Made by a program: the position numbers and the translations under genes. Source: Trypanosoma brucei (Eukaryota). Taken from it: a stretch of 64,000 bases of DNA. Positions 42,321 through 51,517 of the stretch are shown here, in pieces. Within the stretch, counting starts at the first letter, position 1. Each line of letters begins with the position of its first letter. The notes under the pieces were generated by a model. The model made no database searches. It was not told the origin of the DNA and saw only the letters and a list, made by a program, of their open reading frames with translations. The stretch spans positions 96,001 to 160,000 of the forward strand of contig CP000067.1 in the NCBI GenBank assembly GCA_000002445.1, given 5' to 3'.

Positions 42321-42355
<35 letters not shown>
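42321..42355. repeat. (ATAC)3(AT)11 microsatellite.
   Basis: cacatacatacatacatatatatatatatatatatatacaggc, in the short gap between the DCN1-like gene and GAR1. Confidence 0.9.
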
Positions 42356-42427
42356 CAGGCACGCACAGGCAACATTAGGCGACGTCAGCCCAACAGGGTC
42401 CAATAAAAAAGTAGAGAGGGAAACATG

Positions 42428-43126
42428 TCATGGTGTTTCACAGGTCTCCCGCCACTCAGCAAAAAGATCGAAAGCAGTAGGCCATGCATCTTCCTTCCGA
42501 TATGGGGTTGCATTTTCTCCGGTATTGAAAAACAACGCCACATGCCGCCAAATGTCGCGGGTAACCTCGCAATCGTAAAAACCTGTGTACCATCTGATCC
42601 ACTGTGCAACCTGCTGGTCACCCCTAAACAGTACATCCCACGCCCTCGCTGCAGTTTCAGGAAGCATCATGCGCGCACTATCCCCCCTAATGTAATCATA
42701 TAATTCGCTGTAGAACTCAACAAAAGAAGGACCTCTTGCGTCCTTCACCCACTCCCGAAGCCGTCTCTTCAGTTCCACCGGGACCTCAATGTTGTAGTTG
42801 TACACCATGTTCAACCAATCTGAGCGTGGAATGCACCCACCCCTTGTAATCCCAAGCTTCCAAATGAGCGTGTACATCTCGAAGGAATCCCTTTTTATAG
42901 CAAGATCCTCACAGAGATGTTGAATTCCCTTTGGTCCTATAGTTTCTAGGCCTTCTGCAGAGTCCATCGACGCAAAATTCTCAAAATAACGTTCCATCTC
43001 AGTTCGACCGGTCGAAGAGGCAGTGCCTGTGGAAGCCTTAACCGAAGACACAAAGCGTGAGGCTCTCCGTGCCATCTTGTGCGGATCCAACCCGGTGACG
43101 GTTGTCGACATATCCCCCGTTACCAT
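42428..43126 (-). CDS. DCN1-like protein (defective in cullin neddylation; PONY domain), 233 aa from ATG.
   Basis: Track start at 43180 is TTG; first ATG at 43126 (MVTGDMSTT...). C-terminal EDAWPTAFDLFAEW matches DCN1 EGAWPVLIDDFVEF. The preceding helical region fits the PONY fold. Confidence 0.6.
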   Translation of the reverse strand: MVTGDMSTTVTGLDPHKMARRASRFVSSVKASTGTASSTGRTEMERYFENFASMDSAEGLETIGPKGIQHLCEDLAIKRDSFEMYTLIWKLGITRGGCIPRSDWLNMVYNYNIEVPVELKRRLREWVKDARGPSFVEFYSELYDYIRGDSARMMLPETAARAWDVLFRGDQQVAQWIRWYTGFYDCEVTRDIWRHVALFFNTGENATPYRKEDAWPTAFDLFAEWRETCETP

Positions 43127-43980
43127 TATTATTATTTTTTTTTTTGCTTCTTCCTTCCCTCGAACTATATGGGTGCGCAAAAATACAGTTAGTTATATTG
43201 TTGTATAAAAGCAGGCAAGCGCAAGCGCTTGCTTCAGAAACTGCACAGCTGCCACACCTCTTCAACACCAACGAAAGGGACTTTTCACCCGCGCTATAAC
43301 ACAAACACTACAATTACAAAAATAAATAAAGAAACAGCAACAGTGAAGAAAAGAGAGCGCAGCGCAACAGTTTCAGTAGCGGTGATTGTATTAACGATTT
43401 TCAGAAATGGAAAAAAAAATCAAAATAAAGAATTCTTGAAGCACCGAATTTTACGATCGTCTGCGGTTCTTAAAGAGAGCGCTAACACATGACATGTCCC
43501 CGTGATCCCCACCCACCGTTACGGGGCCTCTGCAGCTGATCGGCTCGCAGAAGTGACGATTTTTTTTTTTCACCATCGGCAGTCGAAAAGGGGGGAAAGC
43601 GTAAGGACGCGAAGATATCCACTTGAACTTCACATCACCCATTCACTAAACACCTGCAGAGCTTTGTGAAAGAAAATTCACCGCAGAATACTTCCGAAAG
43701 CATTTGAGATTCGTCATGACAGTGTGAGGTCCATAGGTCATACCACAGGAGGCACCCAACATAGCAAAGTCAACGAGGAATAAAGAGAGCCAAAACGAAT
43801 AAAAATAGATGAGAAAAGGAGGGGTTCTCACATCTCCATTACTCGGCCGCTAAATATATCCATCAAAAGAAGCCTCCGCAACAACAGCACTCCGCCAACT
43901 TTATAAGTAAATAGAGTATAGCGCATCCAAGCTATGGGAAAGGAAACATATGTATATGTAGCTATTTCTGATAAACACAA

Positions 43981-45627
43981 CTAACTATCCGACGATATTT
44001 CTATGCCGTTACATTTGACGACACTCTCAATGATGGTACTCATAGAAACTAACCCGCTTTTCGTCAAGGATCCTGCAGTGCTCTGAAAAAGCAGGAACTC
44101 CTGAAGAATGGCTACAATGAGTTTCATCGGTTTCGATTCCACAGCCTTCCCCGTTTCTGTCCCTTTCGTTGCCTGCGCCACAGCCGTTATGACAGGCACA
44201 CGCAGCTGAACTTTCGGCGTGTCGATGAGGGATAGAACAGCAAGCAGTAGCGCGTAATACCCGGAAACGACGTTCCGCTCCGTTTCCTCTGCGTTGTAAC
44301 ACTGCAAAGTCAATTCTGCAATCCGAGAGAGAAAATCCGGACAATTAACTAAACATCGGGCAAACTCGTCGCATCTAGAAGCGACTTCCCACTTCACAAT
44401 GTTCACTGCAGAGCAGAGGATGAAGGCTGCTACGTTCAAGGGAGTGTTGTCACTCATCAGCCTTTTGGTAGAAAACTCAGCGAGCTGTGACCTCTCACGC
44501 CGACGATTCGAATCCCGCAGTGCATGCGGAACAAGACTCGTGCCATTAACCAAAACCCGCAGAGCAATAGTTAGCACATCATTTTCGCACTTTGTGTCCT
44601 CACGCGCCACCAAACGTATCAAAAGGATAACCAACTCTTGCAAAGCCGCATCATAAGATGGGCACAACCGTTCGCATAATGTCACAACCTCCAGCAGGTG
44701 AAGCACATCTTTGCAGTCCGCGTCGTTCAGCATGGGTGTCACAACCTCAAATCCGCCAAGCTCAGCAAACACAAGGCAAGGGTTAGCTTCCCCTGGAAAC
44801 GAGGTTGCTTGATTGTACCTAAAAATAATGTGGAGTAACGCCTTAAGAGCTAAGGAGGTTGCGGTATCATCTGATTTCCCGCGGCAAAACTTGTCAACAG
44901 CTGACTTCAGTGCTGAATCATCTTGACGCCGTTGCTTAGGTGGCGTCGGGCAATGTGCCCGCTGCGACCAGTGCTTTGATCCAGCTGGTGTTGCAGCAGC
45001 TTCCTCAGCTCGCTTCTCGGAGCTCAGAAGAAAGAATTTCACCAAACTAGCATCGGATAATACCTCATCGTCGCATAGAGTTAACAAGTGGCCGACAAAA
45101 CGAATATAAAGTCCTTCTTTGTTGTCTGTAACGCTGCGTGCGGAGGATTTGCAGAGAGCGCTGAGCAGTTGCGATTGCAGTCCAGCTCGTTTCAAAGATT
45201 GCATTACCATATCTGGCTCATGTTCCATAAAGTAGAGGACAAGTGCCATCAGGGCCTCAGGTGTGCGTGACGATGAGGCGACCTCAGCCAAGTATACGCA
45301 CATATCCGCAATATTTTCCTCTTCCCTGCAAAAGAAGTTCATTTCTGTTTCAAACACGCTCCCCCGCAACCTCGGAGAATCCGCCCTCTTGACCAACCTA
45401 ACCCTTGCCTCATTCACCGTAGGGATATGCATGGTATCAGGACCGGGTACGCTGCCGCCGCTGCTGCTACTACAATTTTCGTTTGAAGTATCACTACGCA
45501 ATGACAGTTGCATAGCTTCACCATCTGAAGATTGGCTTAATGGAGGGGATTCAGCCGTCCGCTTGCATGCCATAAAGGAGTCCAAATAACCAACGACATC
45601 GGCCATGCACCGCTTGCGTTTCGACAT
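43981..45627 (-). CDS. Hypothetical protein (548 aa), largely alpha-helical with S-rich N-terminus.
   Basis: ATG confirmed at 45627. Long ORF on the transcribed strand. No recognisable domain. Confidence 0.5.
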   Translation of the reverse strand: MSKRKRCMADVVGYLDSFMACKRTAESPPLSQSSDGEAMQLSLRSDTSNENCSSSSGGSVPGPDTMHIPTVNEARVRLVKRADSPRLRGSVFETEMNFFCREEENIADMCVYLAEVASSSRTPEALMALVLYFMEHEPDMVMQSLKRAGLQSQLLSALCKSSARSVTDNKEGLYIRFVGHLLTLCDDEVLSDASLVKFFLLSSEKRAEEAAATPAGSKHWSQRAHCPTPPKQRRQDDSALKSAVDKFCRGKSDDTATSLALKALLHIIFRYNQATSFPGEANPCLVFAELGGFEVVTPMLNDADCKDVLHLLEVVTLCERLCPSYDAALQELVILLIRLVAREDTKCENDVLTIALRVLVNGTSLVPHALRDSNRRRERSQLAEFSTKRLMSDNTPLNVAAFILCSAVNIVKWEVASRCDEFARCLVNCPDFLSRIAELTLQCYNAEETERNVVSGYYALLLAVLSLIDTPKVQLRVPVITAVAQATKGTETGKAVESKPMKLIVAILQEFLLFQSTAGSLTKSGLVSMSTIIESVVKCNGIEISSDS

Positions 45628-46453
45628 TGGTTAAGCAGATACAAAGATGGCGGGGCACTTTACCAGCCAAACTCCTCTACCACACAAGTGCAAGAAAAAA
45701 AAAAGATGTCACTTCACTTGGAAACACGAAAAGTAATTTCATACATACACACAAAGGGAACCTGTCAGCAGCATGGGACCAACCAAATCACAGCAGATGT
45801 GGTATAAATACATATAGAATTAATAGATATTACAATATAAAAGAAAGGCAATAAATTTTTAAAAAAAAAGCAACGGAAAAAGTATTACAGATAATTTTTG
45901 GGGAGGAAAGGTTGAAAAAAAAAACGAAAATGAAAGGAACATAATGAAAGGTAAATCATTGCTAGGACCACCGTTACACAGGCGAGTCCTGATGCAACAA
46001 TTTTCATACAGCGTTGTGTCACACACAATTCTCACACGTATTGACAACAGCGCAGATGTGCAGTGCCTAGTGGGTTACACAATACCGAATTTCTTTCGAA
46101 GTAGGAGAAGTGAGGAGACACATAAAATAAATGACAAGGAAACAAATAAATAAAATGAAGGCGCACAAACGAACTTAACAACAGAAAAGTCGGAACGAGG
46201 ATGGAAGCAAAGCGCAAGAGAAAGTAAGATGGATAATGAAACGGGAACAGGCAAACAACCGGACGCCCATTCAACGATAGTACGGTCTCTTTAACAAAAA
46301 AGCCAAAGAGGACTCAAAAAACAAAGTTACAGAACGTGCAAGTATATAAACGTAACTGTTGTTGATTGATGGGTATATATGAAGAAAACAGTAAAATGAA
46401 AGAGCGAAGAGAACGAAATGGGGACGTAGATCGTCGCTCAATTGTAATTGTAA

Positions 46454-47746
46454 TTAAGCTGGAACTTTACCGCGCAAAATGTCATCATACAGTGCTGTCA
46501 GAGTTGCTCCCGTCAATGAGATTACAGATTTGCTTTTGGTTCCTTTGGTGAAAACAACCGCTCCACAGCCGGTCAATATATTCCTGGCAGTACGGCGCCA
46601 CGCTGGTGGAACTTTTTCCAGAGAGAAACGCCTCCCCAGTAGGGCGGGCTTTCCGACGTTTGAAGTAATGACTTGGAAGAGGCGCCCAGCATCGTAGGTG
46701 CAGTTGTTGTGAACTAGCGACGGCGCAAACTGCCTCACCTGTCGCATATCCCCACATGCGAAAAATTCCTCCGTAACAACCGGTATGCCGCGGGCAACGG
46801 CAATGATAAATTTGGGTGTTCGTACGGGTGGGTGATTGATTATAAGAAGATCTGCCATGCAAACATTATCCACAATAGACCAGCAATGCTTCTTCGCAAG
46901 GAACTTAGCCGCCAGCGTCGCTTCTCCACACATCCCTGAAAAGCAAACTTTCACTCGACCCTTCGATTTACTCTTGGGTTTTAGGCGGCTACCTCTTGCG
47001 GTAGTTTCACTTTTAACCGTAGCTGAGGAAGGCAAGCTCTTAACCTTAGATAACCTGTCAGTGGTGTTTTTAATAACGGAGCGGGATCGTTTCCTCCCGG
47101 CGCCAGTACTCTCCGAAAGATACGGAACCACATTTTCAAGTTCGCAAAGAGGTTTGCACAGCACGCCGCAATCCAATTGCACAGAAACAACAGCGCAAGT
47201 TTTTTCATCCGATGCGGCGGTCAGAGTCACCGGCAGCGGGGGTGTTGCATCCGTTCCCGCAAGGGAACAAGAAGCACAAATGGATGAGCACACGGTTCCT
47301 TCAAGACGAAGCAAATCGTTGCTGGCCCCATTCATCCCAGAACCCTGTGATGAATCCATTAGGTTTGCATTTGAGTCGTAGACGGGAACTCTTCCCCCGC
47401 AAACGGCAATAACGTCCCATTCAAAGCGCAATTTCAAGTCACCAAAAGTAACATGGTTACCGCGCTTCAACTGGTAGAAAAACCCCGGCTCCAAGCGTAC
47501 ACTCACACCCGTGTCGGAGTGAAGGAAAGTTCCGTTAGTGCTTTCGCAATCGCGTAGCCACGCCTCCCCATTTTCGCATAGTTTGATGATGGCGTGCGTA
47601 CGGCTCACGTTGATGCATGTGGTGCCGACACAAACAACGTTTGCACCCTTGACTGCTATTTCTGCTCCACGACGGATGATGTTTTCCCCAGTTAGCAGCC
47701 GCATGATCCTCCCAGTAGATTCATCAATGAGAAAATACCTCTTCAT
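46454..47746 (-). CDS. FHA-domain protein with C-terminal tandem BRCT domains (430 aa from ATG); DNA-damage-response type architecture.
   Basis: Track start at 47821 is GTG; ATG confirmed at 47746 (MKRYFLIDESTGR...). FHA hallmarks GR...SR.HA.I.....WL.D.S.NGTF. BRCT1 VKVCFSGMCGEATLAAKFLAKKHCWSIVDNVCMADLLIINHPPVRTPKFIIAVARGIPVVTEEFF, and a second BRCT-like unit to the C-terminus. S/T-rich basic linker between them. Confidence 0.55.
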   Translation of the reverse strand: MKRYFLIDESTGRIMRLLTGENIIRRGAEIAVKGANVVCVGTTCINVSRTHAIIKLCENGEAWLRDCESTNGTFLHSDTGVSVRLEPGFFYQLKRGNHVTFGDLKLRFEWDVIAVCGGRVPVYDSNANLMDSSQGSGMNGASNDLLRLEGTVCSSICASCSLAGTDATPPLPVTLTAASDEKTCAVVSVQLDCGVLCKPLCELENVVPYLSESTGAGRKRSRSVIKNTTDRLSKVKSLPSSATVKSETTARGSRLKPKSKSKGRVKVCFSGMCGEATLAAKFLAKKHCWSIVDNVCMADLLIINHPPVRTPKFIIAVARGIPVVTEEFFACGDMRQVRQFAPSLVHNNCTYDAGRLFQVITSNVGKPALLGRRFSLEKVPPAWRRTARNILTGCGAVVFTKGTKSKSVISLTGATLTALYDDILRGKVPA

Positions 47747-47821
47747 CGGATACCTTAGGTATACCACGAGGGGGTTGCGCCTCCGAGCACTAAACCAAAG
47801 GGCACAAGCATACGCGCACAC

Positions 47822-47866
47822 AATAGGAGGCAGAAAAAGAAAAGTAGGAGAGGATGGGAATGTAAA
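47822..47866 (-). promoter_or_regulatory. Polypyrimidine tract upstream of the FHA-BRCT gene.
   Basis: Plus strand ggaggcagaaaaagaaaagtaggagaggatgggaatg, i.e. a CT-rich tract on the transcribed strand about 80-120 nt upstream of the ATG at 47746. Confidence 0.35.
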
Positions 47867-48165
47867 TGCGTAGACAACTTATACTAACGTGAATGCGCAG
47901 AGTAAGTCCAAAAATTTGATACTATCTACAATGCTCAGCCATGGGTCAGCAAATGCGCAAGCAAACATACGTGTAGAACACACTTCGCTTTGCTCCCACC
48001 CCACCCCCTCCGCACACAAATAAACAACCTCACAACTTCGGTCCGCACCATTGATTCAGGAGGAACCTCAAATCACCACCAACAGCTGTTCGTTTAGTAG
48101 ATGGCAGTCAAGAAAAAGGAACAAACAAGAAAGGAAGCGAAGAGAAATAGTCAAGTGTGTCGCTT

Positions 48166-48483
48166 CTAGCTTTGCTCCAGAGCATCAGACACCGCCCTCT
48201 TCACTACAATGCCAAAGTGTTCATTTGGGCCGGCAATCGTAGTAATGACGTACGCAACATTGTCGAACACCATCGATATGCGTTTGAGTTCCTCCCCAGG
48301 CCTAAGTAATGTGGAGGCTTGTTGTGCTACTGTGTAGGCAAGTAGCCGTTTCTCCTCATTTTGGAAGTCACCACTCCACTCCAGCACTTCACCCACGGAA
48401 GTAAATATGACAAAGTGGTTGGCCCCTTGATTCAGAAGCCGATCCTTCAACAAACTCGCTTGACTCATTGCAGCCACCTCCAT
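48166..48483 (-). CDS. Roadblock/LC7/MglB-fold mini-protein (105 aa from ATG); a dynein light chain LC7 or a Ragulator (LAMTOR)-like subunit.
   Basis: The track ORF's upstream 54 codons (FIFVYVLTYFCLFLLPFHFSS) translate a pyrimidine tract; ATG confirmed at 48483 (MEVAAMSQASLL...). The alpha-beta-beta-alpha-beta pattern LLKDRLLNQGANHFVIFTSVGEVLEWSGD...LLAYTVAQQASTLL...ISMVFDNVAYVITTIAGPNEHFGIVV parallels DYNLRB1 and LAMTOR2 layouts. Assigned by fold-level resemblance only. Confidence 0.4.
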   Translation of the reverse strand: MEVAAMSQASLLKDRLLNQGANHFVIFTSVGEVLEWSGDFQNEEKRLLAYTVAQQASTLLRPGEELKRISMVFDNVAYVITTIAGPNEHFGIVVKRAVSDALEQS

Positions 48484-48881
48484 CCCTTCCCTTTTATAAC
48501 GTGTGTCAAATTGATGGGACGAAGAAAAATGAAAAGGAAGCAAAAAGAGGCAGAAATACGTTAACACATAAACGAATATATAGGTGTGTGTGTCTACGCA
48601 CATGGTGCCAGTAGCGTCATCCAGAAACAAGCGAAACCAACGCACAAAATAGGAAGGTGAGCAAAAACATCAAGAGCAGATACCATCTGGAAAAGGCGTA
48701 AAAATAAAAAAAATGAAACGTTCGAACATCAGGAATAATCCTCTACACGAAGTATGAGATAAAGAAATCATAAGAGAAACCCCCCTACAATTTCACAAAA
48801 AATACGCACATTCACAAAAACACATATATTCATAAGCGCTATTTATTAGTTTTCGTGCACACGAGTATCCCGTCATTATCC

Positions 48882-49493
48882 CTAATAATGTTTCTTGGGT
48901 GTCTTTTTCATTTTTGGTTTTCCTTGGAACTGCACATACATTTGCTCCTCGAAGCTCAGATCCTCCAACAGCACCGGTTTGGGTTTGTTCCGCCAATGTG
49001 GGCCCATAAAATGCTGACGGTCCGTCAACTCCTTATGGCGCATGACCGCATCGGGATCCATGTTTCCGTATCCCCAGTTCGTCATTGGCACAAAGTCACG
49101 ACGCCCTGCGCCATGGGGAAATGCATCCGGACTTTCCCTCTCTTCACGGCGCTGTATTCGCTGTGCGTGGTGCTCGAGAGGGTTTACAACACCCCAATCA
49201 TATTTTTCACTTGCGTTTGGTATGAGACGCAGTCGTTGTTTTGATACGCACATGCGCCCATACGCAATTCTGTCCAAAGCACTCGCCAGCTGAAGCTGCA
49301 ATGTCTGACCGCCATCACCGCGGCTCAGTAGCCACTTTTCCCGAACCTCTACAATTGTGTGTTGTCGCACGAGAGGATCACTAACACTTGAAGCAAGCGC
49401 AATACATTCCTTATACAGTGCCAACTTTGCTATACGGTTGTGTATGTCCTTCCCTTTAGCCAGTGGAAGAGTCTGAAGCAGTTGTTTGTTCAT
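48882..49493 (-). CDS. Hypothetical protein (203 aa), possible LYR-motif family member.
   Basis: ATG confirmed at 49493. N-terminal IAKLALYKECIALASS...VREKWL resembles an LYR-motif helix (L-Y-K...R/F). Weak. Confidence 0.4.
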   Translation of the reverse strand: MNKQLLQTLPLAKGKDIHNRIAKLALYKECIALASSVSDPLVRQHTIVEVREKWLLSRGDGGQTLQLQLASALDRIAYGRMCVSKQRLRLIPNASEKYDWGVVNPLEHHAQRIQRREERESPDAFPHGAGRRDFVPMTNWGYGNMDPDAVMRHKELTDRQHFMGPHWRNKPKPVLLEDLSFEEQMYVQFQGKPKMKKTPKKHY

Positions 49494-49984
49494 AACCCAG
49501 GCATTCCACGGGGACTCCTAACCCAACTATTTGAATTCTCCGATAGGCACCGTGCACACATACATGGACACGCACATTCCATTGCAGTCGAATGAAATAA
49601 AAGAAAAAGTAAAGAACAAAAGAAGAGGATCAAATAAACAACTTAAGAGCAAAGCAAAACAAGTGAGAAAGCATACTTATTTCATGGAGGAGATAAAGCA
49701 GACATTGCTTCTCAGTGCATCTATGTGCAAAACACCGTCCGTAAAGTAGGCAAATGCGTTAAAGCAAACAATCGTAGGTCACGAGATGTCGTGTGTTTGC
49801 ACCCATTCGTATCGATGTATCTATAAACGAAGGTAAAAATATGTGTGGTTCGCCTTTCTTTTTCCCCTTTACCCCCCCCCCTCTTTCCAAGAGGAAAGCA
49901 AAAAAAAGAAATTCTACCTACTAAACAAAATGAAGTGTGCGGAAATATTTGCAAGGGAGAAGGAGCCATCCCTTCCCTCTCGCC

Positions 49985-51517
49985 TCAGCGGTTGGTATCA
50001 GCACTCGGCTTAAGTGCTACTGCACCGAAAAAAGACATTAAATTCTTCTGAGGGGTAGCGCCCTGGCGCTCAACTTTTGGCGGCCCCCTTCGCTCCACCG
50101 CCACTTTTGCAGAAGCTTTGCCCCCACCGCCTACTGCAAGGGGGTTTTTGCTTCCGGCGTCATGTGTTGATTTTTGCTCAGTCGCGACGCACGTTCGCAT
50201 CAACTCAGCGCTTTTCTTATGATATTCCTCTTCAGATAATACCGCACCCGTCTTTACGTGCCGGTACACCACCCTGTCGCTGCAAATGTACTCGCCGCCC
50301 TCAAAAACCGTGTCCGTTTCCAGCTCACGTGAATACTCTTTCTGAAAGGCAATCACCTCCGGTTGAAAGAACCCCGTAAGTTTTGGATGTGCTGAGAGTG
50401 CAGCGTTGCCATTAGCTGCCTGTGTCCGATGTGGATCCCTCTTTAGAGGAGATGAGGTTGGTTCGGGGGCGCAGAATATCATCGGTGGTGCATTGTCACA
50501 CAAAATTATCTCATCATTCTCTGCAGGTGTAAAAGCGACCTCAAGCACAGGTTCAGGGTCATCTAAGAGGCCTTCATCGCGGTGTGGGGAACGGTTTCCA
50601 CGACTGCTGCCATCGGATTGCTCTTCATCATCAAGAATATCTCGAGACGATTTGGCATTGTCTGTATTACAGCCATTTGCAGCTGCAGCTGCGCTTGACG
50701 ACCCAGTAAGGCTGCTCTTCTTGGATGCCTTAGCGAGTTTCATTAAACTTGTAGTGGCTTCACCAACTTTCGCCTCCTTTTTGGATTGGGCGCGGGGTTT
50801 CTTCGCCTTCGGGGACGCCTTCTTGCTATCTTCAATGAGCCGGTCCCGCTTCGCCCCCCCAACTGGCATACCCAAAAGCGTTTGCTGTTTCTTGCCACCG
50901 GACTCCTTTGGAATTAACTTCGGAGCACCTTCCGCTGCCGCCCCACTCAAAGAAACCGGTGCAGGGTTTTTTCCCCTCTCCATCTCATCCATCCTATTCT
51001 TTTCTTCTTCCTCTACATTCTTAACAACATTCTCCTCTTCCAACCGCTTCATCGGTTCCTCTGTCGGAGGGGGTGGAGAGGGCGCCTCCTTCACAGATGG
51101 TTTCGGCTCCGGTGACCTTTCCTTCTTTACTGGAGGCGGAAAGTCATCATTCACCAATACGGGCACAAGTTTGCGTTCCCGCTGTACCACACCGTTTCTT
51201 GGCACCAGAGCGGGACGGGTCTTCCGGGGCTGAAATGCAGACGCGGGACCTCGCTTTCGTAATGCGTACACTTCCACAGAGGCTTCATTGAGTGTTTCCC
51301 GCGTCCATTCAGCTGCAGCAGCACCACTGCACAGATACACAACAGTGCTATGAGGTTCAGTACCGCGGCCGGTAACGGTAAAAAGCACCTCATAACCTTC
51401 CTTTGATGTGGCAATGTTCTCAAATGCCGCGCGCACATCAGCTTTCGGCAGCGGTACCTCAGAGGCGTGAACAAAGTATGAACTTTCCACCTGCTGCAGT
51501 AAATCTAGAGGAGACAT
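49985..51517 (-). CDS. PIP-box protein resembling DNA polymerase delta subunit 3 (POLD3/Pol32): N-terminal folded domain, long low-complexity K/E/P/S/A middle, C-terminal PCNA-interacting motif.
   Basis: ATG confirmed at 51517. Canonical PIP box QKNLMSFF (QxxLxxFF) about 20 residues from the C-terminus, and a second PIP-like HPKLTGFF upstream. Overall layout as POLD3. The antisense 275-aa (+) ORF is S/A-rich and low-complexity. Confidence 0.45.
   Translation of the reverse strand: MSPLDLLQQVESSYFVHASEVPLPKADVRAAFENIATSKEGYEVLFTVTGRGTEPHSTVVYLCSGAAAAEWTRETLNEASVEVYALRKRGPASAFQPRKTRPALVPRNGVVQRERKLVPVLVNDDFPPPVKKERSPEPKPSVKEAPSPPPPTEEPMKRLEEENVVKNVEEEEKNRMDEMERGKNPAPVSLSGAAAEGAPKLIPKESGGKKQQTLLGMPVGGAKRDRLIEDSKKASPKAKKPRAQSKKEAKVGEATTSLMKLAKASKKSSLTGSSSAAAAANGCNTDNAKSSRDILDDEEQSDGSSRGNRSPHRDEGLLDDPEPVLEVAFTPAENDEIILCDNAPPMIFCAPEPTSSPLKRDPHRTQAANGNAALSAHPKLTGFFQPEVIAFQKEYSRELETDTVFEGGEYICSDRVVYRHVKTGAVLSEEEYHKKSAELMRTCVATEQKSTHDAGSKNPLAVGGGGKASAKVAVERRGPPKVERQGATPQKNLMSFFGAVALKPSADTNR

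Noticed and set aside
41901-42406. Proline-rich, Arg/Trp-rich and Ala/Thr-rich ORFs overlapping GAR1 on both strands
   Set aside because: These are alternative-frame readings of the GGN/CGN triplet repeats encoding the GAR domains. The GAR1 core-domain homology fixes the true frame.
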